From Deltaproteobacteria bacterium (GTDB taxonomy: Bacteria > Myxococcota_A > Polyangia > Polyangiales > Ga0077539): a stretch of DNA of 64,000 bases. The notes beneath the pieces were generated by a model. That model saw only the letters and a list, made by a program, of their open reading frames with translations, was not told the DNA's origin and ran no database searches. Made by a program: the position numbers and the translations under genes. The stretch is from assembly GCA_030694465.1 (NCBI GenBank), contig JAUXYJ010000103.1:155057-219056 (forward strand), read 5' to 3'. Positions 44,076 through 54,016 of this stretch are shown here, piece after piece. Position 1 is the first letter of the stretch; each line of letters begins with the position of its first letter.

Positions 44076-46739
44076 ATGACGCCTACTCCATTCCTCAAGA
44101 AACCCCTGCGCTGGGGGCTGACTTTTTCGATCCTCGCGCTGGCCACAGTTGCAGGCTGTAGCGCCGAACCAGAGCCCATGGGCGGCGACGGCGGAGGTGA
44201 CAGCGGCCTCGGCAACGACGTGTCTTCGATGGACATCGTGAGCCCCACAGACATCGTGGTTGCGCCCGACGAAGGGCAGGACAGCGGAAGCAGCAACGAC
44301 GCCGCCGCCGATGGGGCCGCGGACGGTGCAGCCGATGTGGTCGTCGATGCGCCCCCGCCGCGATGCGCACCCGGTGTGGACAGCGACATGGACGGCATCC
44401 CCAACGACGAAGAGTGTCGCTTGGGGCTCGACCCCTTCAACCCTGACTCGGACATGGACGGCATCCCCGATGGGATCGAAGCGCGCTACCCACGGATCTG
44501 CGTCGCCACGATGCCAAGCGCGCAACGCAGACCCCCACAGCGCTGCAACGTCGACGACGAGTGCCGCACCGGCGAGCGCTGCAACGGGCTCAACCCGTTG
44601 TCACCGGACTCGGACGGCGACGGCGTCCCCGACCGCGAAGAAGACACGAACTTCGACGGTGTAATCGACCCCATGCGCGGCGAGAGCGACCCGCGCTTGG
44701 GAGACACCGACGGAGACGGCACCGGAGATGCCATGGCGGGCATCGCGATCTGTCGCCCCTCGGGCTTGGCGACCGTGGTGCAAAACGGCATCCCGGCCAG
44801 CCCTGTGCAGGTGGGCTATGCGCCGACGTGGACCAACGCAGGGCGCGTCACAGGGACGCTCATGCGTGGCGCGATCGTGCTCAACGACATGACCGCCGGC
44901 GTCGCGGCGGTGACCATGACCATGCCCTCGATGGGCGATGTGCGCACAGAGTCCACGCGGCTTGAGGCACAAATGGTCGCAGCCCTCGGCGCAGGGACAA
45001 CGGGCGTTCTCGTGGGCCGCGCGCTCACGACGCACGAAATGAACCCTGCGATCACCTCGACCTACCGTGTCGCGCGGGCGACCACCGCGAGCGCTCTCCG
45101 TGACGCGCTGATCATGCCCATGGTCGGCGCGGCCGCGCCGGTGCCCGCCGCAGCGATTGGCATGTCCACGCAGTTCTACGTAGACGTCACCGTGGTGCGT
45201 CGCACGATGGGCACGGCGGCAAACTTCAACGACGTGCTCATCGCGGTCTCGCCGAGCGCTTCGTACGACAACCCGATGCTCACCACGGCCATTCGGTCCA
45301 TCGATTTGGTCAACAGCACGGCGACCGCGCAGAGCGATCGCGGCCTTGGCTTTAAGTGCCAGACCTTCGTCGCAGCGGCAGCTCCCTCGGTGGACTTCTT
45401 GTGGACCGTGGACACCTCGGGCTCGATGGGTCCGCATCAGACGCGCTTGGGCAACACGGCCACCGCTTTCTTCTCACGCATGGCCGCGGCCGGAATCGAC
45501 TTTCGCGTCGGTGTGATCCAAGCCGGCTCAGCCGTCGCAGGCCCTAACCTCGCGACCTTCAACTGGATCGCGGGCTCGGACGCCATGGGCGCCAGGCGCT
45601 TGTGCGAAGAGGTCACCTCGGCGGGCCTCGGCCGCTGCCCGACGTCTCCGACCGACACGCTCAGCCCGTTTCCGTTTGCGGGTGGCCAAGAAGAGCCCAC
45701 CGCGGCGGCGATCTTGACCCACCGCGCGTTTACGCAGCTCGCCCCGGCGACCAACCCACGGCGCATCCGTGCGGGCGCGCAGTTTGTCACATTTCACGTG
45801 ACCGACGAGCCAGGGTCTAACGACTTTACCCGCTATTTCTCTGCCAATCGTGATCCACAGAACATGATGCCTTGGGGCGCGCTCTACAACTCGACGTCGC
45901 TCAACAACATCATCGATTACTTTCGGCGAAATTCAATCCTGACCTTTGGTCTTTTACCCGTCAACGCCAACCGCTGCGACATCTACAGCGTCGCCGATTT
46001 GCCCCGCTGCGTGGTCGAAGGAAACCGCGGCGCGGTCATCCCGATCGCCACCGCGACAGACCCCGAAATCGCCGCAGCGATGTCTCGCATCGTCGACGCG
46101 ATCGCGGGCGCTTCGAGCCAGTTTCGGCTCACCTCGACGCCCATCACCAGCACGCTCAAAGTGCGCGTCCGCGGGATGGATGTTCCGCGCTCGCGCTCAG
46201 AGGGCTTTGACTACGACTCGGTGTCCAACGCGGTCGTGTTCTACGGTGCGCGCTTTCGTCCTGCGCGTGGCAACGAGGTCGTGCTCTCGTACCGCGTCTG
46301 GCAGCCCTGCCCGAGCGCTGGTGGCATGTGCGTAACCGACTCCGAGTGCTGCCAGCCTCACGTCTGCACCGGCGGCCGTTGTCTGCCGCCCTGCACCACC
46401 CTGGGCGCAATGTGCATGCGCAACGAAGACTGCTGCTCGCCCAACATCTGCACCAGCGGACGCTGCGCCCCGCCCACCACGTGTCGCCCTGTCGGCGAGA
46501 TGTGCATGCGCAACGAAGACTGCTGCTCGCCCAACTCGTGCACCGGCGGCGTGTGCACCCCTCCGCCGCCCTGCATGCCCATCGCAGGCATGTGCCGCAC
46601 CAACGCGGACTGCTGCGACAACAACTGCGTCGGTGGCCGCTGCGCGCCTCCTCCGTGCCGCATGGTCGGTGACAGCTGCCGCTCGGCCGCGGACTGCTGC
46701 GACCGTAGCTGCATCGGCAACGTCTGCGCGCCAGGCTGA
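44076..46739 (+). CDS. lipoprotein with thrombospondin type-3 Ca-binding repeats, VWA domain and six C-terminal Cys-rich repeats
   Basis: Lipobox LALATVAGCS after ATG 44076. It has D-x-D-x-DG-x-x-D repeats (DSDMDGIPNDEE, DSDGDGVPDREED, DTDGDGTGD). The MIDAS motif DTSGSM lies in a VWA-like region. The C-terminus has 6× C-x5-CC-x3-C-x3-C modules (MCMRNEDCCSPNICTSGRCAPP). Confidence 0.75.
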   Translation: MTPTPFLKKPLRWGLTFSILALATVAGCSAEPEPMGGDGGGDSGLGNDVSSMDIVSPTDIVVAPDEGQDSGSSNDAAADGAADGAADVVVDAPPPRCAPGVDSDMDGIPNDEECRLGLDPFNPDSDMDGIPDGIEARYPRICVATMPSAQRRPPQRCNVDDECRTGERCNGLNPLSPDSDGDGVPDREEDTNFDGVIDPMRGESDPRLGDTDGDGTGDAMAGIAICRPSGLATVVQNGIPASPVQVGYAPTWTNAGRVTGTLMRGAIVLNDMTAGVAAVTMTMPSMGDVRTESTRLEAQMVAALGAGTTGVLVGRALTTHEMNPAITSTYRVARATTASALRDALIMPMVGAAAPVPAAAIGMSTQFYVDVTVVRRTMGTAANFNDVLIAVSPSASYDNPMLTTAIRSIDLVNSTATAQSDRGLGFKCQTFVAAAAPSVDFLWTVDTSGSMGPHQTRLGNTATAFFSRMAAAGIDFRVGVIQAGSAVAGPNLATFNWIAGSDAMGARRLCEEVTSAGLGRCPTSPTDTLSPFPFAGGQEEPTAAAILTHRAFTQLAPATNPRRIRAGAQFVTFHVTDEPGSNDFTRYFSANRDPQNMMPWGALYNSTSLNNIIDYFRRNSILTFGLLPVNANRCDIYSVADLPRCVVEGNRGAVIPIATATDPEIAAAMSRIVDAIAGASSQFRLTSTPITSTLKVRVRGMDVPRSRSEGFDYDSVSNAVVFYGARFRPARGNEVVLSYRVWQPCPSAGGMCVTDSECCQPHVCTGGRCLPPCTTLGAMCMRNEDCCSPNICTSGRCAPPTTCRPVGEMCMRNEDCCSPNSCTGGVCTPPPPCMPIAGMCRTNADCCDNNCVGGRCAPPPCRMVGDSCRSAADCCDRSCIGNVCAPG

Positions 46740-47182
46740 GCCGCTCGCTGCGCACCTAAGGGGGGACTGATTCGTTCAGCGGGGGCTGTGCGCGACCGCG
46801 CCTCGTGCGAGGGGTTGCGCAGGAGAAATCACCGAATCGCCTGACCGATGGACCGGACGAGAAAAGTGCGCTTCGAGCTCGCGAGAAACCTCGACCGTGA
46901 CCACTCTCCGCGTCTCTTTGCTGCTGTGCAGTTCGCTCTCGCTGCGGTGCTCACGCGGATCCGGCAGCGCTCTGAACTCCTGCTTGAATGACTCACGGAT
47001 GCCTGCTCGAAACGTCCTGGATCTCTAGGATCTCAGTGGTCGGTGTAGGCCCAGAGTTCCTCACGGAGTCCAAGGGTCGCCCGATGCGCTAACCCCGCGT
47101 GCAGACCTCGTCCAAGAGCGCGATGGATCGGGAGCGTCCAGCGCAGCACCGTTGCCACGCGCGAGGTGGGTCGGTCGGCTCT

Positions 47183-48148
47183 CTAGGACAGAGGGCTCTG
47201 ACCGGCTTCGCCCGCGAGGAGATAGAGCACAGCCATGCGCACAGCGACGCCAGCTTCGACTTGGTCGAGGACCACGCTCTGGGGGCCGTCAGCGATCTCG
47301 GGGTCGATCTCGACGCCCCGGTTCATCGGGCCGGGGTGCATCACGATCGCGTCGGGTTGGGCGAGCTTTAAGATCTTGTGGTTGAGCCCAAAGTGTCGCG
47401 AATACTCTCGCGCAGTCGGAAACAACACCTCGCCCATTCGCTCGCGCTGGATCCGCAACATCATCAGGACATCGGCGCCTTCAGCTGCACGCGCGAAGTT
47501 GTCAAACACTTCGACCCCCAGGCGCTCGATGCCCGGCGGGATCATCGTGCGCGGGCCGCACACACGCACGGTCGCTCCCAAGCGCGTGAGCAAGTGCGCG
47601 TTGCTGCGCGCGACGCGCGAGTGCGTGAGATCGCCCGTGATGGTCACGACAAGCCCGGCGAGCCTGCCCTTGGCGCGGCGGATGGTGAAAGCGTCCAAGA
47701 GCGCCTGGGTGGGGTGCTCGTGCGTTCCGTCGCCTGCGTTGACAACCGAGGCGCGGGTGCGCTTGGCGATAAAGTGCGGCGCGCCGCTTGAGCCATGGCG
47801 CATCACGATCACGTCGGGCTGCATGGCCTCGAGGTTCTTGACCGTATCTAAGAGCGTCTCGCCCTTGGACACACTCGAGCCCGACGAGGACACGTTGACC
47901 ACGTCGGCGCTGAGGCGTTTTCCGGCGATTTCAAACGAGGTGCGCGTCCGGGTGCTGGCCTCAAAGAACAGGTTGATCACGGTCTTGCCACGCAGCGTTG
48001 GGACCTTGCGGATCTTGCGACGCGAGACATCAAAGAAGACCTCGGCGGTGTCCAAAAACTGCACAATCCGCTGGGTCTCGAGCTTCTCGATGTCGAGCAA
48101 ATGCCGGTGCGTAGCGCTCATGGCAGCAACACTCTCTCGTGTGATCAC
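47183..48148 (-). CDS. pyrB: aspartate carbamoyltransferase catalytic subunit
   Basis: STRTR carbamoyl-phosphate motif, HPTQALLD, and HP.P motif. Full length. Confidence 0.95.
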   Translation of the reverse strand: MITRESVAAMSATHRHLLDIEKLETQRIVQFLDTAEVFFDVSRRKIRKVPTLRGKTVINLFFEASTRTRTSFEIAGKRLSADVVNVSSSGSSVSKGETLLDTVKNLEAMQPDVIVMRHGSSGAPHFIAKRTRASVVNAGDGTHEHPTQALLDAFTIRRAKGRLAGLVVTITGDLTHSRVARSNAHLLTRLGATVRVCGPRTMIPPGIERLGVEVFDNFARAAEGADVLMMLRIQRERMGEVLFPTAREYSRHFGLNHKILKLAQPDAIVMHPGPMNRGVEIDPEIADGPQSVVLDQVEAGVAVRMAVLYLLAGEAGQSPLS

Positions 48149-48717
48149 GCGCCGTCATCCGCATCGGATTCGATCACCAACGCGCAGTCCGCGCGGTCGT
48201 CCGAGTCAAGCACGACGTCTACGCGGTCGTCGTACGCGGTGTGTACTTCGCGCCCGACGTACTGGGCCGCGATGGGGAGCTCACGATGGCCGCGATCGAT
48301 CAGGCAACAGAGCTGAATGCTCCGTGGGCGGCCATAGTCCATCAGCGCGTCGATGGCTGCGCGCACGGTTCGCCCGGTAAAGAGCACATCGTCGATGAGC
48401 AACACGACCCGATCGTCCAACGGAAAGTGCAGGTCACTTCGGCCCACAATCGGCGCCGCAAGAGATGTCCCGACGTCGTCCCGGTAGAGATTAATGTCCA
48501 CGCTTCCTACCGGGACATCCAAGCCCTCGAGCTCGCGCAACAGCACCCGGAGGCGGTACGCGAGGGGCACGCCTCCGCGGCGAATGCCGACGAGACACAG
48601 GGCCTTGGCCCCACGGTTTTGCTCGGTGATTTCACCGGCCATTCGACGGAGGGCGCGAGAGATCTCGTCCGCATCCATCACTACGCGCTCTGCCATGGGC
48701 TTCATTCGGTGCGACAC
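48145..48717 (-). CDS. pyrR: bifunctional pyrimidine operon regulator / uracil phosphoribosyltransferase PyrR
   Basis: PRPP-binding motif [17 protein letters not shown]. The size and ATGA overlap with pyrB indicate a pyrR–pyrB operon. Confidence 0.9.
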   Translation of the reverse strand: MSHRMKPMAERVVMDADEISRALRRMAGEITEQNRGAKALCLVGIRRGGVPLAYRLRVLLRELEGLDVPVGSVDINLYRDDVGTSLAAPIVGRSDLHFPLDDRVVLLIDDVLFTGRTVRAAIDALMDYGRPRSIQLCCLIDRGHRELPIAAQYVGREVHTAYDDRVDVVLDSDDRADCALVIESDADDGA

Positions 48718-48900
48718 AAGAGACTAGTCGCTTCGGATCACAGCGTCGAGAACCGTGCAAACCTCGGGCGCCGTGACTCGCGTCCACATCGTTCGGGGTT
48801 GTGTGCTTCTGCGCAGAACAGCATGCGAGTTGTTCACTTGTTTGTTGACCCCGAGCCTAAGGTCTACTCATGCTTTCGCCGAAAGTGAGGGTGCGACGGG

Positions 48901-50523
48901 ATGTCTGCCCGCGTCCTAGTCGTCGATGACAGCGCAACCATCCGAAGGCTCGTTCGGACGGTGCTCGAAGAATCTGGCTACGAAGTCAGCACCGCGCTCG
49001 ATGGGCAAATGGCGCTGGATCTTCTGCGCCGTGAGTCTTTTGACCTGCTGCTCATCGACTTTGTCATGCCCAGACTCAATGGCTATCAGCTCGCGATGGC
49101 CGTGCGCGCCATGCCCTCGATCGCGTCCATCCCGATCATCCTGATGAGCGCAAAGGCCGACACCATCGGCGCCAAATTTTTGCAGCAGACGCGCTCGTCC
49201 CAGCGCATCTCAAAGCCCTTCGAGCCCAACGCGCTGTTGACCGTGATCGAAGAGACCCTGCGCCAGCGCACTTCGCAGCCGCAGAGGCCCCAGACGCTCG
49301 TGAGCCATGAGCTAGGCGTCGGTCAGTCCATCGCGCCGCCACCAGCGTTTGCGCCCGAGCGCAGCGCACGCACGCAGGCGCCCATCGCGGCCAACGCGCC
49401 CTCTCCGTTTGCGAGCGCGACCTCGGCGAGCGCGACCCCCAACCGCACCGCCGACACGCTCTTTGTGCGCCCACGGACCGACACGGTTCTTGAGAGCCTG
49501 CCGAGCTTCGCCGCACCCACCTCTGCGCTCGACGACCAAGAGAACACGTTTGTAGGTCAGCTGCCGTTTGGGTTTGAAATGGACCCGTCGCTCGACGACG
49601 ACCCGGTCGAGAACACCGACCTGCGCGCGGTGATTCAAGACGAGTCTCCGCCGCGCTTGTTGGTCCGCAAGCTCCTCTCGATGATCGCAGGGCAAGGCTA
49701 CGACGCGCTCGATCACCTCGAAGATCCGCTGGTCGATTCGCTCACTGACGACGAACTCAGAGACCTCTTGGGCTTGGTCCGCGAGGCCCTCGGAGACCGC
49801 GAGCTCGTCGCAGGACTCCAAGGCCGCATCGACTCTGTTCCGCTCGCTGAGGTGATGCAGTTGCTGCGATTTCAGCAGCAGTCGGGCGTGCTGGTCGTGC
49901 GCCGTGGGGGCGCCATCGTCGACCTCTGTTTTCACCGCGGGGCCATTGATCTGGCGCTGGCCCGCAACGTTTCGTCTGAGTTTTTGCTGGGTCGATACGC
50001 GGTCGCCGGCGGAGTGATCTCGCGCGAAGAGCTCGACGAGATTCTCAACAATGGCCTCGACGAGCGGCTCGGCGCGTACCTCTTGCGCTCAGGGCGGCTC
50101 GACGCCGAAGGGCTCGAGCGACTGCTCACCCGACAAGCGTCCGAGATTCTCTACGAGGTGTGCCGCTGGCGCGACGGGAGCTTTGAGTTCTTCGCGGGGC
50201 TGAGGCCCACCGAGGCCCAAGAAGCTGCGCTCGGTCTGCCTGTCGAAATGCTCGTGCTTGAGGGCTTTCGGCGCGTCGATGAGTGGAGTCAAATCGAGCA
50301 AGAGCTTCACTCGTTCGATGATGTATTTACGCCCGACTACTCGGTCATCGAGAACGTCGGGCTCGCGAGGCTCTCCCCAAGTGAGCGGCGCGTGCTGGAT
50401 GCCCTCGACGGAGCGCGCACCGTCAACGACCTCATCGCCGCCACCGCGATGAACAGCTTCGACGCATGCAAGACACTCTTTCAGCTCCGCCGCGCGCGCC
50501 TGATCCGCCGGAGAAACGCGTGA
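48901..50523 (+). CDS. response regulator: N-terminal receiver domain, long disordered P/A/S linker, C-terminal DUF4388 (PATAN-like) domain
   Basis: REC motifs VLVVDDS…D(L)LLIDFVMP…(phospho-acceptor Asp)…KP. The central ~180 aa are low complexity. The C-terminus PLAEVMQLLRFQQQSGVLVVRRGG…LCFHRGAIDLA fits the DUF4388 pattern. Confidence 0.8.
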   Translation: MSARVLVVDDSATIRRLVRTVLEESGYEVSTALDGQMALDLLRRESFDLLLIDFVMPRLNGYQLAMAVRAMPSIASIPIILMSAKADTIGAKFLQQTRSSQRISKPFEPNALLTVIEETLRQRTSQPQRPQTLVSHELGVGQSIAPPPAFAPERSARTQAPIAANAPSPFASATSASATPNRTADTLFVRPRTDTVLESLPSFAAPTSALDDQENTFVGQLPFGFEMDPSLDDDPVENTDLRAVIQDESPPRLLVRKLLSMIAGQGYDALDHLEDPLVDSLTDDELRDLLGLVREALGDRELVAGLQGRIDSVPLAEVMQLLRFQQQSGVLVVRRGGAIVDLCFHRGAIDLALARNVSSEFLLGRYAVAGGVISREELDEILNNGLDERLGAYLLRSGRLDAEGLERLLTRQASEILYEVCRWRDGSFEFFAGLRPTEAQEAALGLPVEMLVLEGFRRVDEWSQIEQELHSFDDVFTPDYSVIENVGLARLSPSERRVLDALDGARTVNDLIAATAMNSFDACKTLFQLRRARLIRRRNA

Positions 50524-50906
50524 ACGACGCGACCCCACGCTGGTTTGTCTTCACCCGCGCGCAAACACAATTTGCCCTCTCCGCGCACGCCGTTCGCTGT
50601 GTGCTCCCCTCGATCCGCAGCACGCCGTATCCCACGCCGCTGCCGCTGATGCTCTCGCTCTTTGCCTACGACGGCCGCATCGTCTCGCTTGTCGACCCGC
50701 AGTCAGACTCAAGCGAGTCCATCACGGACGTGCACGTCTGCCACGCTGTCCTCGTGCACAGCGAGCTCGGGGATGTCGCGTTTGCGCTCGACCACACCGA
50801 GGGCTTTGCGAACACGCTCACCACCGAGCAGCGCCTCGAACCCGAGGCCATCTTGCGCATGCTCCGCTGGTCGATTCGCCGCGGAGAGCGCATCTCCGCC
50901 CCCTAA
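50520..50906 (+). CDS. CheW-like coupling protein (divergent)
   Basis: The GTG at 50520 overlaps the upstream stop (GTGA). The segment WFVFTRAQTQFALSAHAVRCVLP…LFAYDGRIVSLVD resembles CheW beta-strands. Confidence 0.55.
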   Translation: MNDATPRWFVFTRAQTQFALSAHAVRCVLPSIRSTPYPTPLPLMLSLFAYDGRIVSLVDPQSDSSESITDVHVCHAVLVHSELGDVAFALDHTEGFANTLTTEQRLEPEAILRMLRWSIRRGERISAP

Positions 50907-50981
50907 CGATCCCCCAAAGGGCCGGCACGTCCCACGTGGCCCCACCCACCTCTTTTGCACCCCCCCCATTGAGCACGCATC

Positions 50982-51911
50982 ATGGACGACCTTCGACTGC
51001 TCTTGCACCAACTTGCAGACCGCCTCGCCGATCGCGCATCGGTCGCTTTGCCCGCAATCGAGCCCGTCCCCGAAGCTCTGCCGAGCGCGGCGGAGCTGAG
51101 CGAAGAGCACGTGTTCTTGAGAGCGTTCTTCGACGCGGTGGTCGAGGGCGACCTCTCGGCTCGCTTGCCCGCCGCCAGCGACCCACTGGTCCAACGCGGC
51201 GAAGAGACCCTCGAGCGACTGCGCACGCTCTTGCGCAGCGCGCGCGAGTCAACCGAAGGCGTCGGGCTCCGCGCAGACACCATCGTCGACGCGATTGAGC
51301 ATGCAGCTTCGGCTGGAAATCAACAGCGAATCATCCTCGATCACGCCATGGACGAGATGCGCCCGCTCTTGGTGAGGCTCAACGATTTGCAGCACGAGAC
51401 CGCGGAGATCACGACGAGCTGCGACCGCATCGCGCTGCTCGCGCTCAACACCGGGATTGAGGGGCTGCGTGTAGGCGGCGAGGTTGCTCGCGCGCTCTCG
51501 ACGCTCGGAGACGAAATCCGCCGACTTGCCGTGCGCTCTTCGCTCACCGCGCGAGAGCTGGGCGAGGCGCTCAAGAGCACAGGCGAGTCGGCCAAACGCG
51601 GATCGACGAACATCGAAGAGGCCCGCGCAATGCTCAGGCATATCGCAGACGAAGTGACCCGCGCGGCCTCATCTGCCGAGTCGGTTCGCATCGCAGACGA
51701 GACCCTCCGCGACGCGACCGCGGGCTTTCGCGTGCTCGACATCGAGAGCGAAGAGCTGCTCCTTCGGCTGGATGACACAGCCACGCGGTTGGCCGACGAG
51801 CTCGTGCGGGCCGGCAAGCTCGCGCAGCGCAATGTGGCGGGCAGCGAAGACGTACGCGCCGCCGTCGCACGCATTCAGAAGCTCGTCGCTGGGGAGCACA
51901 ACGCGCGGTGA
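50982..51911 (+). CDS. soluble methyl-accepting chemotaxis protein (signalling domain only, no TM/sensor)
   Basis: The highly conserved MCP hairpin tip region (IALLALNTGIEGLRVGGEVARALSTLGDEIRRLAVRS) sits within a ~300-aa coiled coil. No hydrophobic segments. Confidence 0.75.
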   Translation: MDDLRLLLHQLADRLADRASVALPAIEPVPEALPSAAELSEEHVFLRAFFDAVVEGDLSARLPAASDPLVQRGEETLERLRTLLRSARESTEGVGLRADTIVDAIEHAASAGNQQRIILDHAMDEMRPLLVRLNDLQHETAEITTSCDRIALLALNTGIEGLRVGGEVARALSTLGDEIRRLAVRSSLTARELGEALKSTGESAKRGSTNIEEARAMLRHIADEVTRAASSAESVRIADETLRDATAGFRVLDIESEELLLRLDDTATRLADELVRAGKLAQRNVAGSEDVRAAVARIQKLVAGEHNAR

Positions 51912-54004
51912 GCGGCGACTCGTTGCCGCTTGACCCAGAGCTCCAAGAGCTCTTTCGCGCAGAGCTCGAGCGTCGCGCCAGCGCCGTCTTGGCCATCGAG
52001 CATGACCCCCGCAGCGCCCTGCGCAATTTGCACGCGCTCCGGGGCGCCGCGGCCATGATGGGCGCAGCGAGTCTGGCTGCCTATTTGCTGCAACTCGAGA
52101 AGAGCATCCAGCGCGGCGAGAGCCTGAGCGCCGAAGAGATCCGCCACAGCCTCATCAGCGCGATCACGCAGACTGGGCTCGACGCCAGCCCGCTACGCGA
52201 CGCGCAGCCGTCACGCGAGCTCACGAGCAGCACTCCCCCAGCGCGCATGCGCGGCTCGGACCCGCCCGAGCGCGGCATCACTGACAGCGCAGCGTCGTGG
52301 CAACAACAGGGCGTCAAACTAGAGATTCGCCAGTTCTTTTTGTCTGAGTCACGACAACGCGTAGAGCAGTTTTCGCGTGCGATCGCGCGCATCTCGCGCG
52401 ATGAGAGCGCAGAGAGCTTTACCGAGCCTCTGCGCGAGGCGTTTAGGCACGTCCATGCGATCAAGGGCAGCGCGTCGACGGTGGGCTTTGATGCCATCGC
52501 CTCGGCCACACACGCGCTCGAGAGCGCCCTCGCGAAGCTGCTCAAAGAGCTGGTCGTGCCGAGCACACAACAGCTCGCAGCGCTCTCGGATTGCGCCACG
52601 CTCTTGGGCGCGATGCTGACCTCACCCGAGCGCTCAGACAGCAGCGTGACCGAGCTCCGCGCTGTGCTTCGCCAAGCACATTTGCTCACTGAGACCGCGG
52701 CAGCGTATGCGCTTGGACACACGGCCCCTGCGGTCGAGCGTGCGCCCGACGCGGTGCGCGTCCCGTCGGCCGCCCTGCACGGGCTCGAAGCACGCATGAA
52801 CGACGTCTCCACGGTGACCGATCGGCTCGAGGCGGTCTTGAGCCGCAGCAGCGAGCACGCGCGGGCCCTCGACGACCTCTCCAGCGGGCTGGACGAAGGC
52901 ATCCGGCGCCTAGGGCCTGCTCGCCCTTGGGGCGTCCCTGCCGAGGTCCTCGAACGATTTCACAGCATGGCCAGGATCCTTCGTGAGTCCGCGATCTCGC
53001 TTGACACCGAGACCCTCGCGGCGACCAAAGAGGTCGAATCCCTCACGTCCATGACCTCGGAGCTACGGCAAGAGCTGCAACGGATCAGCATGACCACCGT
53101 GCAGTGGCTCTACGAGCGTGTTGCCCCCGTCGCGCGCGCAGCAGCGACCACTGTGGGCGTCGAGCTGCGCATCGAGCGCACGGGCGAAGACGTCGAGCTC
53201 GCGCGCAACATCGCCGAGCGCTTGGTCGAACCCATGGCGCAGCTCGTGCGCAACGCGGTGGTCCATGGCATCGAAGCGCCGACGCGCCGCATGGCCCTCG
53301 GAAAACCCGTCCGCGGTCGCATCGCGCTCAGAGCCGTGCGGCTGGGCGAAGTGCTGCGGCTTACCATCGAAGACGACGGCAGCGGCGTGGACACCGACGC
53401 AGTCCGGCGCGCCGGCGAACGCGACGGTCTCATTGACCGCTCGGCCTCGCACGACGAGCTGTTATCCCTTCTGTTTCATGCGGGATTCTCAACGCGCAGC
53501 CGCGCGGACACCAGCGCAGGGCGAGGCGTTGGGCTCGACATCGTGCAACGTGAGCTCATCGAGCTCGGAGGCAGCGTCTCGATCCACTCGACGAAGGGAC
53601 GCGGCACCGAGTTTGTACTGGAGCTCCCTGCACGCGCGGGGATGCAGCGCGTCCTGGTCGTGGGAGCCGGCAACCGGCGATTTGCGATCCCGATTGACAA
53701 CGTGATCGAAGTTCGCCTGGCAAAAACCGACGAAAACTGCATCTCGCTCCTCGCCTGGCTCGGACTGGACGACACCTACGGGTCGTCGAACAGCGTCGTA
53801 GAGCTCTCGATCCGCAGCCACCGTATCTCGCGCAGCGTCGATTGGGTCGAGCGCGCACGAGAGGTCATTGTGCGCCCGCTCCCTGCGTGGATCGCGGGCA
53901 TTGATTCGTGGTCTGGCGCGATCGTTGAACCCGACGGGGGGATCTTGCTTGTGCTGGACACCGACCGACTCGCGGCCCAGCACGAAGGCAACTTTATCGG
54001 GTAA
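51908..54004 (+). CDS. cheA: chemotaxis histidine kinase CheA with two Hpt domains and C-terminal CheW-like domain
   Basis: The GTG at 51908 overlaps the MCP stop (GTGA). The Hpt domains are marked by NLHALRGAAAMMG and FRHVHAIKGSASTVGFD. HATPase_c motifs (N-box NAVVHGIE, G1 EDDGSGVD, G2 GRGVGLD.V) follow, then the CheW-like domain VLVVGAGNRRFAIPIDNVIEV. No receiver domain. Confidence 0.9.
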   Translation: MSGDSLPLDPELQELFRAELERRASAVLAIEHDPRSALRNLHALRGAAAMMGAASLAAYLLQLEKSIQRGESLSAEEIRHSLISAITQTGLDASPLRDAQPSRELTSSTPPARMRGSDPPERGITDSAASWQQQGVKLEIRQFFLSESRQRVEQFSRAIARISRDESAESFTEPLREAFRHVHAIKGSASTVGFDAIASATHALESALAKLLKELVVPSTQQLAALSDCATLLGAMLTSPERSDSSVTELRAVLRQAHLLTETAAAYALGHTAPAVERAPDAVRVPSAALHGLEARMNDVSTVTDRLEAVLSRSSEHARALDDLSSGLDEGIRRLGPARPWGVPAEVLERFHSMARILRESAISLDTETLAATKEVESLTSMTSELRQELQRISMTTVQWLYERVAPVARAAATTVGVELRIERTGEDVELARNIAERLVEPMAQLVRNAVVHGIEAPTRRMALGKPVRGRIALRAVRLGEVLRLTIEDDGSGVDTDAVRRAGERDGLIDRSASHDELLSLLFHAGFSTRSRADTSAGRGVGLDIVQRELIELGGSVSIHSTKGRGTEFVLELPARAGMQRVLVVGAGNRRFAIPIDNVIEVRLAKTDENCISLLAWLGLDDTYGSSNSVVELSIRSHRISRSVDWVERAREVIVRPLPAWIAGIDSWSGAIVEPDGGILLVLDTDRLAAQHEGNFIG

Positions 54005-54016
54005 TTCACTGGGGAT

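Noticed and set aside
46740-47182. Possible small RNA or terminator in the 440-nt convergent gap between the VWA lipoprotein and pyrB
   Set aside because: Only short imperfect stem-loops (e.g. CCTCG-TG-CGAGG) and small ORFs without support. Nothing distinctive enough to call.
48718-48900. Possible PyrR-binding attenuator RNA upstream of pyrR
   Set aside because: I looked for the conserved PyrR binding-loop sequence (UCCAGAGAGGCU-like) on the mRNA strand and did not find a convincing match. Regulation may be different or the site degenerate.
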